64,000 nt of DNA from Octopus vulgaris. Its lineage: Eukaryota. The stretch is taken from contig OX597831.1 in assembly GCA_951406725.2 (NCBI GenBank), positions 3,968,001 to 4,032,000 on the forward strand. Direction: 5' to 3'. Position numbers and translations under genes: made by a program. Each line of letters begins with the position of its first letter. The first letter of the stretch is position 1. Shown piece by piece: positions 28,630-43,960 of the stretch. The notes under the pieces were generated by a model. The model did no database searches and was not told the origin of the DNA. It worked only from the letters and a program-made list of their open reading frames with translations.

Positions 28630-29630
28630 TTAAGCACAAGGCCAGCAATTTTTGAGAGGAGGGGCAAGTTGATTACATCGCCTCCAGTAGTTGACTGGTG
28701 CCTTGTTTTATGAACCCGAAAACATGAAAGGCAGAATTAACCTCGGCGATATTTGAACGCAGAACGTAAAAAGTCGGAAGGAATGACACAAGTATTTTCT
28801 CCGAGGCGTTAACCATTCTTCTGCTAGCCGGCCACCTGCCTGCGACTCTGGAATAATTGTTCTAAATTTAATTACAAGGCCTGTAATTGGGAAGTGAGTT
28901 GTCTATTACATCGACCGCAACACTTGACTTATAATGGTTTATCAACATCGAAAGGATGAAGGGCAAATTTGAGCTCACTGGGATTCGAACTCAGAATATA
29001 AAACTTCGGAGGAAATGTTGATAAGCATTTTTTTCTGATGCGCTGATGATTCTGCCACCTCGCTACCTTTGTCTCGTGAATAATCGTTTCTAATATAGGC
29101 ACAAAGTCTGAAATACTGGGGGAGGAGTTAGTCGATTACATCGACCCCAGTACCCGACTGCTACTTATTTTATCAAACGTGAAGGGATGAAAAGCAATGT
29201 TCACGTCAGTGAAAATAAAGCCGGAAAAAAAACTGCAAAGTACTTTGTCCGGCGTGCGAACGATTTTGTCAGCTCATCGCCTTTAACTTCTGAATAATCT
29301 TTTCTACTTTAGGTACAAGGCCTGAAGTTTTACAGGTAGGCGTATGGTCGAGAATATCGACCTTAGTGCTCAACTGAGATCGATACGAAAAGTCAACCTC
29401 GGCGAAATTTAAATTCCGAACGTAAAGACGGACGAAATTCCGCAAGCATTTTGCCAGGCGTGCTGATGGTTCTGTCAGCTCACCGCCTTTGACCCCGGAA
29501 TAATATAAAGCAAACTCTTTCATCCTTTCGGAGGCCGATTAAATAAGTACATGTTGAGCACTGGGGGTCATGTAATCGACTTAACACCGCCTCTTAAATT
29601 ACTGGCCTTTTGCCAAAATTTGAAATCTCA
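28630..29630. mobile_element. Cluster of about five old SINE family B monomers (mostly minus strand)
   Basis: Repeated cacaaggcc...gtcgattacatcgacccc...gaaaggatgaaagg segments. Confidence 0.65.
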
Positions 29631-29742
29631 ATAAGTAAAAACAAATAACTAAATGAAATAATTGCAAGATATTTAAAACCGGGGTCAACCGATGCTATTC
29701 AATCACCGTTCAACGATTTCTTGAGTTGGTAATATTCCATTT

Positions 29743-30128
29743 GTGGAGGCGCAATGGCCCAGTGGTTAGGGCAGCGGACTCGCGGTCGTAGGATCGCTGT
29801 TTCGATTCCCAGACTGGGCGTTGTGAGTGTTTATTGAGCGAAAACGCCTAAAGATCCACGAGGCTCCGGCAGGGATGGTGGTGATCCCTGCTGTACTCTT
29901 TCACCACAACTTTCTCTCACTCTTACTTCCTGTTTCTGTTGTACCTGTATTTCAAAGGGCCGGCCTTGTCACTCTCTGTGTCACGCTGAATATCCCCGAG
30001 AACTACGTTAAGGGTACACGTGGCTGTGGAGTGCTCAGCCACTTACACGTTAATTTCACGAGCATGCTGTTCCGTTGATAGGATCAACCGGAACCCTCAT
30101 CGTCGTAACCGACGGAGTGCTTCCATCC
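29743..30128 (+). mobile_element. SINE family C
   Basis: 12-bp TSD aatattccattt (29731 and 30129). Confidence 0.9.
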
Positions 30129-30891
30129 AATATTCCATTTAATTTCAGGGTCGATTATATGGACTCCAGTGTTTCGCTTAGTTTTTACCTCTTGCAGAAG
30201 ATATTCCTGGTGGTATGCGAACTTGGAATATGGTTACAGAGGTAATACTTACTAAGGTTTTCTCAATTTGGTTACCAGCGTAGCACAGACGAACCTGTTA
30301 TAATACAATAAACACAAACGTATTTGCGGTGAATAGCTTAAAACACAAAACAGTATATGCGATTTAGAAACTGCAATGCAATACAAAGATGTAGCAACGG
30401 GATTATTACGATATCATTATCGTATCGACAATATATATATTTATATATATATAGAGAGAGAGACTGGGAGAGAGAGAGAAAGAGAGGTAGAGAAGGAATA
30501 ATAGTGATTCTTTTTTTTGCCATAGAGGCTCAATCATTAAATGAAATAAAATGATATAAACCCAAGGCATTCCAATATTGTATAATACCACAGGAAACAA
30601 TATGCATGTTCGCACTTTCACATACATACGCACACAAATATACACATACATAAAAAAACCTTACATGAGTGTGCATATATATATATATGTATACGTATGT
30701 ATATGTGGTGCAGGGGCTTATATATATATACATATATATATATAACATTTAACATTGTTGTGTATTTTTCATGTTAGTAGCTTTGCTTTGTTAAGGTGCT
30801 CATTTCTTCCTCCGAAATATACGCTTTTTTTTTCTCTTATCGTATACGAGGTATGTATATGTGTCTATTCGCATGCATACGCACGCCTGTA

Positions 30892-31122
<231 letters not shown>

Positions 31123-31598
31123 CTGCGTGTGTTCGTGCACGTCTCTGTGATTTTCTATAGAAAATTCTGAGCAGTTTAGCTTTGTTTGTATTCGAGGAAT
31201 GTATCTAGTCTAACAGAAAGCACCATTCTATTCGTAAATAGGACTCCACCTCTCATATGTGTTCGTTTTATATAGAAGCCAGCTACCGAACATCTGCCTT
31301 TGTATAGTTTCTTCCATAGGAAGGAAGAGAGCAGTTTATTCGCTTTGTAGTCAAGTTATAAATTTAGTTTGTTCAATTCTATTCTCGCTTTCAAAATCGT
31401 TATCTAGAAGCCACGGATTATTATAAGCATTCCTATAGTCGTGATTGTTACTGTCTTATTTTAACTTTACAATATTTGTTGTTGTTGTTGTTGTTATGGC
31501 TGGTGTCATGTATCTCGGTGTATCTCATATATACACAAACACACACATATACATACATGCATATATATATATATATATATAATATATATTATAATACA

Positions 31599-31655
<57 letters not shown>

Positions 31656-31718
31656 ATACACACACATTTATGTGTACGTATACACGCACACACCGCTATA
31701 TATACACATCTTATAAAC

Positions 31719-31760
<42 letters not shown>

Positions 31761-31832
31761 TTATGTATAATATATATGCATTTATATATAATATAATAGA
31801 TTATATATATATATATATCACGTGATCACGTG

Positions 31833-31865
<33 letters not shown>

Positions 31866-31886
31866 TGTAAAATCGATTATATATTG

Positions 31887-32205
31887 TGCAGGCGCGTGGC
31901 TTAGTGGTTAGGGCATTCGGATCACGATTGTAAGGTCATGAGTTCAATTCCAGGCGACGCGTTGTGTCCTTGAGCAAGACACTTTATTTCACGTTGCTCC
32001 AGTCCACTCAGCTGGCAAAAATGAGTAGTACCTGTATTTCAAAGGGCCGGCCTTGTCACATTCTGTGTCACGCTGAATCTCCCTGAGAACTACGTTAGGG
32101 GTACACGTGTCTGTGGATTGCTCAGCTACTTGCACGTTAATTTCGCGAGCAGGCTGTTCCGTTGATCGTGTCAGCTGGGACAATCGTCGTCATAACCGAC
32201 GGAGT
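31887..32205 (+). mobile_element. SINE family D
   Basis: Same head, core and tail as the other D copies. Confidence 0.8.
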
Positions 32206-32244
32206 CCTCCTAATAGATTATGCAGACACAGCCACATCCACACA

Positions 32245-32300
<56 letters not shown>

Positions 32301-32924
32301 TAACATATATGTGTGTGTGTGTGTGTGTGTGTTTATACTTATATGTTTGTGTATATGTGTCGACATGAAAGTAACTACAGGTAGCATTCTGCAGGATGGA
32401 TATAATACACAGTTGAGTCTGTCATACGGATAGACAGCTGCACCGAAATTTTCTCAGCAATTTCCAAAACTCAATTTTGGAATCTTCACAGATGTCTACA
32501 TAAAAGAAAAAAACCGAAAGCTATGCAAGCAAGGGAGATAACTTGTATAAGATCAGCTAATGGAAATACTTGAAAAGTCACAACAGTGTAGTTTTGGAGT
32601 AGACCTATTACTATCTGATAACAATAACAAATGGTTCGATCTCGTTACATGCGTATCTTTATTTTTTATTTTTTATCGCCTAATTGTTTCAGTCATTAGA
32701 CTGGGGTAATACCTTGATAGGTTTTAGTTGAATAAATCGTCTCCAGTACTTATTATTTTAAAAAATCTGTCATTTATTGCATTGTTTTTGCTAATTTACA
32801 GGACGTAATCAAACCAATACCGGGTGTCAAGTAGTGATGGTGGTGGTGGGAACCAAACACAGACACACATATTATTTACATTATTTACAATTGACGGATA
32901 TTTGTCCTCGTCTTGTCTGTTGTT

Positions 32925-32970
32925 AACACAACATTTCGGCTGGTATAACCTCCAGCCTTCATCAGGTGTC
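32925..32970 (-). ncRNA. Minimal hammerhead motif (no helix III)
   Basis: GACAC-CUGAUGA-A-GGCUGG-AGGUUAUA-CCAGCC-GAAAU-GUU-GUGUU. Confidence 0.75.
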
Positions 32971-33018
32971 TTGGGGGAAATTTCGAACCTGGGTTCTCAT
33001 ACCTAAGGTATTTTTCGA

Positions 33019-33058
<40 letters not shown>

Positions 33059-33068
33059 ATTATTATTA

Positions 33069-33163
<95 letters not shown>

Positions 33164-33669
33164 TTATTTTTATTATTATTATTATTATAATTCTTATTAC
33201 TATTATCATTATTATCATTATTATTATTATTATTATTATTATAATTATTATTATTATTATTATTATTATCAATTGTAAATAATGTAAATAATGTACATAA
33301 TTCCTTATCTCTTAAATACAGAACTGAAAGACACACATGTTTAAAGATTTGTTTTTTTTTAAGTTATTTTTCTTTATTCGGACAAGATAATTTTTTTCCT
33401 ATTGCTAGCTACGCACAAAGCACAGAACACGAAAACAAACAGTTTTATTTTCTAATTTTCAATTTTCATTTCCTGATTCTTTCTTTGAATTTTTAATATT
33501 TGATAAGATGGACATACACATTGAAACCGGAAATATTCTATAAAAATCATTTAATGTATGCTGTCCGTTTAAAGAGTAAAAGTAAAATAAATGTTTAAAT
33601 AAGGTGCTTTCGCTGTTACATTTTGTCTGTAACCTTTGATTTGTATGGAATCTTAACACCTTTTCACAC

Positions 33670-33729
<60 letters not shown>

Positions 33730-33967
33730 TACATACATGTCTTGTACTCTGTTTTTTCGCTGTTTGAAAAAAGTTCGTTATCATGTTATCGTTTTTATGT
33801 TTTCGTTTCTCATTGTGTTCAACGTTTTTTTTATGTCCTGTACCCATATATGCATGTATATATACATATAGATGTAGGTATGTATATATATATATGTATG
33901 TATATATGCATATATTTATATATTATTCATATTATTATATGATCGAACGTCACGCATCCTTTTCCAA

Positions 33968-34000
<33 letters not shown>

Positions 34001-34004
<4 letters not shown>

Positions 34005-35267
34005 GTTGTCCGGAAAGTTCGTGCCGAGTTTTAAAGGAAAGAAAAAGGTCAATAAATACTTGCCATTACATTTTTAATGAACCAAATATGAACCATGCTG
34101 TTGCCCAATGCATCTCCATTTTTCTTTAACTTGAAAATACCCTCTTCCCAGAATTGAGGTGGTTTCATGGCAAAGAATTCATCAAGGTATCTTTTTACAT
34201 CATCCAAGGAATTGAAATTTTTACCATTAAGACTATTCTGCAGAAACCTGAATAAGTGGAAATCTGTAGGTGCAATATCTGGTGAATATTGAGGGTGGGG
34301 TAACACATCCCAGCCGAGCTGCAGCAATTTTTGTCTGGTTCGCAAAGAAACGTGCAGCCTTACATTATCATGTTGGAAAACAACACCCTTCCTGTTGGTC
34401 AATTCTGGACGTTTCTCTTGAATTGCTGCTTTTAACTCGTCCAGTTGTGTGCAGTATTTCTCAGAATTAATTGTCTGGTTACTTGGGAGAAGCTCATAGT
34501 ACAGAATTCCTTTTTAATCCCACCAGACACAAAGCAAGATTTTTTAGGGTGAAGACCCGCTTTTGGGGTGGCTAACGCTGACTCATGTCGCTTATTCCAG
34601 TATCGCTTTCTCTGAACATTTCGGTAGATAATCCATTTCTCATCACCTGTCACAATTTGCTTTAAAAACGGCACGTTTTCATTCCATTTATAAAGATAAT
34701 CACAGATGGAAATGTGATCCAAAAGGTTCTTCTCACTCAACTCATGTGATACCCAAACATCGTTGCGATTTGTGTACTCAAGCTTTATCAGGTGTTCATG
34801 AACGACGGATTTTGATAGGTTGAGGCTTTCTACTAATACTCGGGTTGTGCAATGTGGGTTATTCTCAATTAATGACTTAATTTGGTCATCATCTGTAGTG
34901 GATGATCTGCCTGATCACTCTTTATCAATAAGGCAACAATCTCCAGCACGGAAGCATGCGAACTACTTCCGTATGGTTCTTTCGGATAAAAAAACATCAA
35001 CGTAAACTGCGCATATCTCTTTGGTTGCTTGTGAGGCATTTTTCCCTTTACGGAAAAAGAAAAGCATCAAGTGCCGAAAATGAACTTTCTTATCTTCCAT
35101 TTTACAGAATTAACACAGGTTATAGGAACAGAAACCTTCTTCCACGAAAAGATAGCTTAAACTGTGCTCTAAATGGAGGTGTAGTCAAATCCTATTTTAT
35201 GGACTCAACCATGTTCTAAAATAAGTCGAAAGTTAAGCTACTATAACGAACTTTCTGGACAACCCAA
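34001..35267 (-). mobile_element. Full-length mariner (Tc1/mariner, D,D34D) DNA transposon
   Basis: TIRs ttgggttgtccggaaagttcgt (34001) and acgaactttctggacaacccaa (to 35267) differ at one base. TA on both sides. Length 1267 bp. Confidence 0.95.
34060..35100 (-). pseudogene. Mariner transposase, frameshifted
   Basis: ATG at 35100 (MEDKKVHFRHLML). Motifs WVSHEL, IVTGDEKWI, FQHDNVRLH and HPQYSPDIAPTDFHLF are spread over several frames. Confidence 0.92.
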
Positions 35268-35360
35268 TATATAGTCTTCGTCTTTTGTTTTCTGTAAATT
35301 TGAAGTATACATGTATATATATACATACATACATACATACATATATATATATATATACAT

Positions 35361-35436
<76 letters not shown>

Positions 35437-35873
35437 ACAATAAGAGGCTTCCAAATAGGAAAGCGTTGTACTAGAAAGAGCAGTAGAAATCTCAACACCA
35501 CAACAAAGGATAAATTCACGAAAGGAATGAAAATTAAAAACGTTTACCATCTCAACTATTTCCCAGACCGCAGTTTCTAACTATTTCCAGTGCTAGGCCA
35601 CTGGTAATAATAATTTGTTATTACCCTATTTTATTATATATATATATATATCGTGACACTCCATTTGTTATGACGACGAGGGTTCCAGTTGATCTTATCA
35701 ACGGAACAGCCTGCTCGTGAAATTAACGTGCAAGTGGCTGAGCACTCCAAAAGCACGTAGTTCTCGGGGAGATTCAACGTGACACAGAGTGTGACAAGGC
35801 TGGCTCTTTGAAATAGAAGTACAACAGAAAAAGGAATAAAGAGTGAGAGAAAGTTGTGGTGAAAGAATATAGC

Positions 35874-36015
<142 letters not shown>

Positions 36016-36448
36016 CGGGCAATTACGACAATATGTGTCTCCGAGAAAACAGTTGCTTCCGCAAAGCAACATAAAATTTGGGATTTGCGAAGGGTCAAAG
36101 GCGTAATAATAGTAAAAAAAAACAGGACAGTGAAAACAAACAATAAGGGCTGCTAAACCATAACGAGGTGAGGTGGCGAACGCTGGAGGAAGAAGCTTTG
36201 ACAGGAGAAGAGATAGGAGAGGAGATAGAGAAGAATACGTCTGATCCGTGTGGCAGATCAAAAGGAACGAAAGACTCTCAAATTAGGAAAAGAAAGATGG
36301 ACGGTGATCACGTGTGAGCAACGAGAGAGTAGAAGAGGTAGAGTGAGAAAGAGAGAGGGACAGATAGAGAAAATAGTACGGCCAATTTAGCTATTTCACC
36401 ATAGATTGGAAAAACAACAATAAGATGAACAAACGGTAGAGAGAGAGA

Positions 36449-36503
<55 letters not shown>

Positions 36504-36788
36504 CGAAGTGCAAAGAGACTGGTAGCAGACCCAGGATCGGAAAGAAAGCAGGCGTAATAATAGTAAAAATACGCAGTGTTTTAAGACAAATATCCTAAAC
36601 TATTTGTCTAATAAATATCCGTTTAGTATCGTTGTGAAACTACAACTCGAGGACAAAAGCACAAAAGTTTTGGCAGTTAGTAGAGAAGCATATCCGACTT
36701 TCGTAGTTAATCATATGAAAGATCTCTTCTTTTATGGCTTAAATACAGATTCCACTCATTGGATAGCGGCCACACTGGTGCACCCTCT

Positions 36789-36949
36789 TGGCTGTGTGAT
36801 AAGAAGCTTATTTCCCAATCACAAGGTTCCAAGTTCAGTTCCATTTCATAGCGCCTTGAGCAAGTGTCTTCTGCTACAGCCTCGTGCAGACTAAAGCTTT
36901 GTGAGTGGATTTGGTGGACGGAAACTGAAAGAAGCGCGTCGTATATACT

Positions 36950-37009
<60 letters not shown>

Positions 37010-37231
37010 TGTGTGTATGTATCTTTGTATAATGTTTTTCTTCAGTACTTCTTGATAAGCGTTGTTGGTGTGTTTACGTCCTCGTAACTTAGCGGTTCGG
37101 CCTAAGAGACCGGCAGGATAATTGCCAGGCTTAACAGAAACCTGGGATTGATTCATTCGACTAAAAATTCTTCAAGGCGGTGCCCCAGTATGGTCACATC
37201 CTAATGACTGAAAGAAGCAAAAGATAAAAGA
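36789..37231 (+). mobile_element. SINE family A (older copy)
   Basis: Same head, microsatellite and tail layout. Confidence 0.75.
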
Positions 37232-37263
37232 AACCCGCATTTTTTTCCCAAAATTTTACGGTC

Positions 37264-37315
37264 AAAATTCCTAGTAATACCATTAGAATACTCTAATGGT
37301 ATTACTAGGAATTTT
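37264..37315. repeat. Perfect hairpin, 24-bp stem and 4-nt loop
   Basis: aaaattcctagtaataccattaga-atac-tctaatggtattactaggaatttt. Confidence 0.95.
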
Positions 37316-38034
37316 TCCACAATATGAAGAGAGAAGCAGAGAACATCCATACTTCTCTAGCAACACAGAGTACATCCAAATCCCTCTGGCTATACAAATA
37401 GAGTACACCCAAACTCCTCAGACAATACAGAGTACATCCAAATATAAATAGAGTGCATCCAAGCTCTGTTTAAAATACAAGTAAAATAATCCTCGTATGA
37501 ATAAATATGAAATGATTCGGGTATATTTACTTTTATATGAGGAAGGGCCTATAGCAATATAGCAAGTCACAACGTTGGATATTGACAACAATATTACATA
37601 GAGACATAATGAACATGTATGAAACCCACAGATATGACCATGCCGTCTTGCAACTTTACCTATGAAATTTGCTGATTGAACGGTATAGAAATGATAATGG
37701 TGTCTGTGCCTCACATTAAATGTGAAAAAATGAAAACAAAACAAAACAAAAAAGCAACAATATTTCAATATTGTTTAGTACCAAAACAAAGGTTTTGAGG
37801 ATTTACACGCGCTTACACTGACACACACACACACACACACACAAATACTTTCACATATACACTCATACGCACGCACACACATACACTCATGCATACACAT
37901 GCTCGCGAGCGAAATCCCATACACACACATACATGAACATATACTTGCTATTTATATATGTGGTATATGTCCAGAAGTTATGAAGAAAACGCTAACAGAA
38001 AATTATGACTTGAAACACATTCACACACACACAC

Positions 38035-38129
<95 letters not shown>

Positions 38130-38271
38130 CACATATATATACATATACACATATATATATATACATACATATATATACCTATACATATATATACATACAT
38201 ATATACATATATATATACATATATAAACGCACACACTCACACACACACATATATATATATAATAAATATTG

Positions 38272-38307
<36 letters not shown>

Positions 38308-38350
38308 CCTACATACATATTTACGTGCTTGTGCATGTATATGCGTGTGC

Positions 38351-38440
<90 letters not shown>

Positions 38441-39913
38441 ATGTATGTATGTACGTATGTATGTATGTATGTATGTATGTATAAATGTATGCTGTTTGTT
38501 AACTTCGCAGTTGTTAGGTGAAGTAGGTGATTAATGAGGAGAAACATCAATAATTACAATAACTAGTCTCCTCACTATTCGCCCTTAAGCGTTGAAACTG
38601 CTGTACTTTCACTTTCAAAACGGTACTAAATATTATGTTAATTAAACATAATCTATATGACTTCCATATACACGTTTATGCATAACAATACTGTATTACT
38701 ACTTTAGATATTAAATTCCAGACGCCAACCCCGTATCATAATATAAATTCATTTACATCAGTAATAAATTGTCTGTTTACTTTTTCATACGAACATATAA
38801 AATGGAGTTCAAATTTTGAGAAAATATGAATGGAAGGTGGATGAGGCGAGAGATTAGAAGAAAATAATTGTAAATCTGGAATGTTGTAGGAAGATAAAAA
38901 TTAATTGTAAAGTATTTTATGTATCGTATTTATTTATAAAGATTTTTTAAAAGCCATGAAATTTTATGGAAATTACAATGTGAGGCAAAGATGTTAAGTT
39001 TTTGTGTATGTTTGTAAGGAATATAATTACTATAATCAAATAAAGGATTAGCGATATCATGGATTATAATTCTTCAGTGAAAATGTATGCGTACGTCTGC
39101 CTGTAGGTGTAGATTGGAATTTCTATTCAAGGTATCTTTGAGACAAAATGTCTTGAGGTTTTTGTTTCATATCCCCAAAATACGCATAATTTTGCTTGGT
39201 TTCAAATTTTGCAGTTGATGTCGAAAATGGTGTGCTTATCTTTCAAGCCCCAAATGTATTTTGACAAAGTAGAATGCAGACATGATAAGGTTTCGGAGGG
39301 TAGGTGTGTATATATAAGGATACCACATAATATCTTGTGTGAAAATGGCTACACGGAAACTGAGACTGTGGAAGACCACCGAATTAACTGTAGATACTAT
39401 AATTCAACGAAAATTTGTCCATTTGGACGAATAACAATGTACATTGTCAGAATGTACATTGTGTGTAAAGGTTTCAACACAACTGACTTTATATTTTGTC
39501 TGACGTCTACCGTTTTGGGGACACGAGCCAGGGTTTATGCATTTGTGTTATTGAGTGATATCAAATATAGCATAAAGTTCTATTTTTGCTTTGGTTGATG
39601 TTCTACAAGGATTCTAGAAAGTTACAAGCAGTGGGATAACTCAGTTTTATATTGGCAACATTAAAATTCCTACGATATGTGCACTGAATAGCGAAAAATA
39701 TGTTTACAGACTTAGAAATGTCCTGGAAGTACATCTGTTATTTTGGGACTATGAATCGGTTGTATACTTTCATTTCTTTATATTTGATATGTTTGATTCT
39801 TTAGCAGCATAATTCTATGTACTTTTATGTTATCCTTAAAATCATTCTTTTATAAAGCTTTGTTATTATAATATTTTACCACATTGATTTATTATTATTA
39901 TTATCATTATTAT

Positions 39914-39990
39914 GCAGGTCACTGCCTGGAATCGAATTCGGAATCTTGGGGTTAGTAGCCCGCGCTCTTAACCACTACACCATATGCCCG
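39914..39990 (-). mobile_element. tRNA-derived head (Pol III A and B boxes) followed by (AAT)n
   Basis: GGGCATATGGTGTAGTGGTTAAGAGCGCGGGCTACTAACCCCAAGATTCCGAATTCGATTCC. No proper acceptor stem. Confidence 0.65.
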
Positions 39991-40069
39991 TTTATTAACA
40001 ACAAACAAGATGAAGACAAATATCCGTCAAATATAAATAATGTAAATAATTATATTATATCATATATAC

Positions 40070-40108
<39 letters not shown>

Positions 40109-41059
40109 TATGTGTAAAGATATTCTACTTCATAATTTTTTCCGAATATATTTCCCACACCATGGTGACTCTAGAGTTAGAATTGTGATAATTTTTACTT
40201 AAAAATTATTAAAGACTTTCTTTGCTCTTGGATTTTAATTTTTGATTCACCAATGCGAAAATGAGGCCGTTGGCTTCTGGTGACTTTTTGAAATATCAGT
40301 TTGGTAATTGGAAAGTAATAACATATGATATCAAAACGGAGTGAATCTGAGCTGTTGTTTATTAGTGATACTTTGAAATACTTTATAATTGAAATATTAT
40401 TGTTCCACAACAGTAAATTGGAAAATTCTTCAATTTTGATGATTATTTCGCCAAGAAATGAAAAAAATTCTATTAGTATATAATTGACTTTTGGTTAACA
40501 AGTCTTCTGGTTGATTGCCCAGTAAATTAGTTTTGGGATACTTAAAAGTGATTCTATGGCGTTCATAGAGTTAAAACGCGAATTCTAAAGTCTATATTTA
40601 ATCTACAATTAATCTCAGATTCTGTATTCATAGAATCTAATGCGTTGCAATTTAATGTGTTGCAATCTAATGTGCTGTAATTGTTTTATATTTTACTTTT
40701 ATATTTTACTTGTTTTATATTTTACTTTTATATTTTACAGTCATATGACTGCCGCCATGCTGGGTTACCGCCTTTTGTGTACGTTTATTACACTATGAAT
40801 GGTGTTTTGATTCGTTGAGATTTTTTGTTGTTTCTACAAAGATGCATTTTGAAGTTAAACTTTTAGTTTGTTTTAAAGACAATATGAATATGCATTTAAC
40901 TTAATTTGCTATGCATATACCAATGGCCGTATAAAGGAGGAGGAAAGTGAACTCCATCGACCACAACTTCTTGTGTTCTATTCGCCAGGAAATATTTAAT
41001 CCTGTGTAGAAGTTTTCCACAGATTCCAACATTTGCCAATTTTGAGAGTAAAATATTTT

Positions 41060-41345
41060 AGTCAACCCTGTCGAACGCTTTACTGAAGTCAAGATATATG
41101 ACATCAGAGTTCGAACCTGTTCCCAAGGCTTTAAGTTTATTTTCAGTGTGGTATAAGAGATGTGCTAGACAGTCCCCGCCACAGCGAAAGCCATGGTGAT
41201 TTGCATTTAGGAGTTTGTGGGTCTCCAGGAAGTCAGCTATCCTTGATCTAACCACTTTTTCAAACACTTTAATGATGTGGGAGGTGAGTGAGATTGGGCG
41301 ATAGTTGACTGCCAGGGATGTGTATCCCTGTTTGAAAACCGAGAT
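41060..41345 (-). pseudogene. LINE (CR1/Jockey-group) reverse transcriptase fragment
   Basis: NYRPISLTSHII, FEKVV...HGFRCGGDC...DVIYLDFSKAFDRVD. Confidence 0.85.
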
Positions 41346-41396
41346 GACAGACTGGTATAGGAGCTGTTTCGGTGTGTGTGTATATATATATATATA

Positions 41397-41432
<36 letters not shown>

Positions 41433-41929
41433 AGTGTGATATAACTAGCATTGACCGAAAACCGACGCCTCAAGCAATTTACTTAAAATAAAATAACCAA
41501 GGAAATTCTACAACAAACGCTCATTTGAAACACAACGTTTATATTCTTTGTAACAGAGACATCCTGTTGTTTTCATCTTTAAAATCCTGTTCGCTCTGGT
41601 AAAACGTAGAAAAACAATTCACAGCGAATTGGTTTATGATAATCATCGTCCTTCGTTTTTTTTGTCTCACCTTGAGCATTGATATAAAGATTGTCATTGC
41701 TTCAAACACGTAAACATCGAATATAAGACTCTCTTTGAGAAAAAACAGTGTTTGTTTGTCCAGCTATCTTCATCATCTAACCTTCGGTTTTATTGATGGA
41801 CATTTGGAAGCTTAAGCATCAATTGAAATTTGGTGACTTTTGAATCGAAATAGCCAGCAGCATCGGGAGAAAACTTTACGGAGTGAAATGTTTACTACAC
41901 AAACGATTATTGCGCGAAAATACTGATTT

Positions 41930-42507
41930 CAAATTTTAGCGCATGGCCAGCCATTTCATGGGTGGGGTGGTAAATCGATTACATCGACCCCAGTGTTCGA
42001 CTGGTATTTATTTTATCGATCTAAGTAGGATGTAAGCAAAGTTGACCTCTGTGGAATTTGAGCTCAGAACATGAAAACGGATGAAATACCTGTTTCTTTA
42101 TTACCCACAAGGGGCTAAACATAGAGAGGACAAACAAGGACAGACAAACGGATTAAGTCGATTATATCGACCCCAGTGCATAACTGGTACTTATTTAACC
42201 GACCCCGAAAGGATGAAAGGCAAAGTCGACCTCGGCGGAATTTGAACTCAGAACGTAAAGATAGACGAAATACCTATTTCTTTACAACCCACAAGGGGCT
42301 AAACGCAGAGACGACAAACAAGGACAGACACACGGAGTAAGTCAATTACATCGACCCAAGTGCGTATCTGGTACTTAATTTATCGACTCCGAAAGGATGA
42401 AAGGCAAAGTCGACCTCGGCGGAATTTGAACTCAGAACGTAGCGGCAGACGAAATACTGTTAAGCATTTCGCCCGGTGTGCTAACGATTCTACCAGCTCT
42501 GCCGCCT
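41930..42507 (-). mobile_element. SINE family B trimer
   Basis: Three ~184-bp units with a single head near 42507. Confidence 0.82.
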
Positions 42508-42865
42508 CATTGGACAGAAATATTAGTGAACACAGCTGTGAGATTTGTAGGTAAACATTCTCTTGGCGACATGAAGTCTTCGTGCACAGGCAAATACGCT
42601 GAGATTTCTTTCGTCTTATATCTGTTATATTTCATTGATTTTGTCATTGAACTACGGCCTAGCTGGGGTACCGCTTCGAACGGTTTAGTCGAAAAAGCAA
42701 CCTCAGTACTTACTTTTTAAATGCCCGGTATTTAATCAGTTGGTCTCCTTTGAATAACAGCAACGTTTCGGGAACGTAAACAAACTAACACCGGTAGTCA
42801 AACGGCAGTGAGGGACAAACTGAAACGCGCGCGCGCATGCACACATACACACACACACACACTCA

Positions 42866-43280
42866 TCTTTTATCCATTACTTGCTTCAGCCATTATACTG
42901 CGGACATACCGGGGCACAGCCTTGAAGAATTTTAGTCGAATGACTTGACCCCAGCACTTATTTTAAAGGCCTGCTCCTTAATGTATTGGTTTTTGCTGAA
43001 CCGCTAAGTTACGGGCACATGAATACACTAACGTCGGTTGTCAAGTGATTGTGGACGACAAGCACAAACAAAGGCACACACACACGCGCATTTTAGTACT
43101 ATATACGTATAATAATATATGCATGACGAAGCTTCTTTCAGTTTCCGTCTGACAAATCCACTCACAGGGCTTTGACTGGCCTGGAGCTATATTAGAAGAC
43201 AGTTGCCCAGGTTGCCGCACAGTAGACTGAACCAAGGACCATATAACTGGGAAGCAAGTTTCTCAAGCACTCGGCTACCA
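42866..43280 (-). mobile_element. SINE family A (degenerate)
   Basis: Diverged match to family A. Confidence 0.65.
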
Positions 43281-43610
43281 CTATACCATGTGGAAAATAC
43301 TTTTTTCTCTAGCAGTATTTTAACAAAGACGAAGTTATATAGATTGGTTATAAATCGTTTCACTCAATGGAAAAATTCCATTGAGAAATCGTAATTCGAT
43401 ACCGATCAACGTAGTCACAACGGAGAAACTCAGATCATTGTGTAAAATATAGAAAAAAATTTGTGGCTAAAATTATGTTAACTATGTGCGAAGGAAAACA
43501 GCCTGAAGAAATCTAGTATTTTTACTTTTCTTGACAAACAGTTTTAGATACACGATAAATTATATACTGTATTTTGTGAATATTGTGTGCCTATGCTTGT
43601 ATGTCAATCT

Positions 43611-43960
43611 CGCGGGCGTAGGATCGTGGTTTCGATTCCCAGACCGGGCGTTGTGAGTGTTTATTGAGCGAAAACACCTAAAGCTCCACGAGGCTCCGGC
43701 AGGGGATGGTGGTGATCCCTGCTGTACTCTTTCACCACAACTTTCTCTCTCACTCTTTCTTCCTGTTTCTGTTGTACCTGTATTTCAAAGGGCCGGCCTT
43801 GTCACTCTCTGTGTCACGCTGAATCTCCCCGAGAACTACGTTAAGGGTACACGTGTTTGTGGAGTGCTCAGCCACTTACACGTTAATTTTATGAGCAGGC
43901 TGTTCCGTTGGTCGGATCAACCGGAACCCTCGTCGTCGTAACCGACGGAGTGCTTCCATC
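43611..43960 (+). mobile_element. SINE family C, 5'-truncated
   Basis: 10-bp TSD atgtcaatct (43601 and 43961). Confidence 0.88.

Noticed and set aside
39209-39598. Possible piggyBac remnant (MYFDK...NGYTETETV)
   Set aside because: Similarity is too weak, and no TTAA-bounded TIRs were identified.
39914-39990. Functional tRNA gene (also the SINE heads)
   Set aside because: A and B boxes are present but there is no closed acceptor stem, and the sequence runs into a repeat body.
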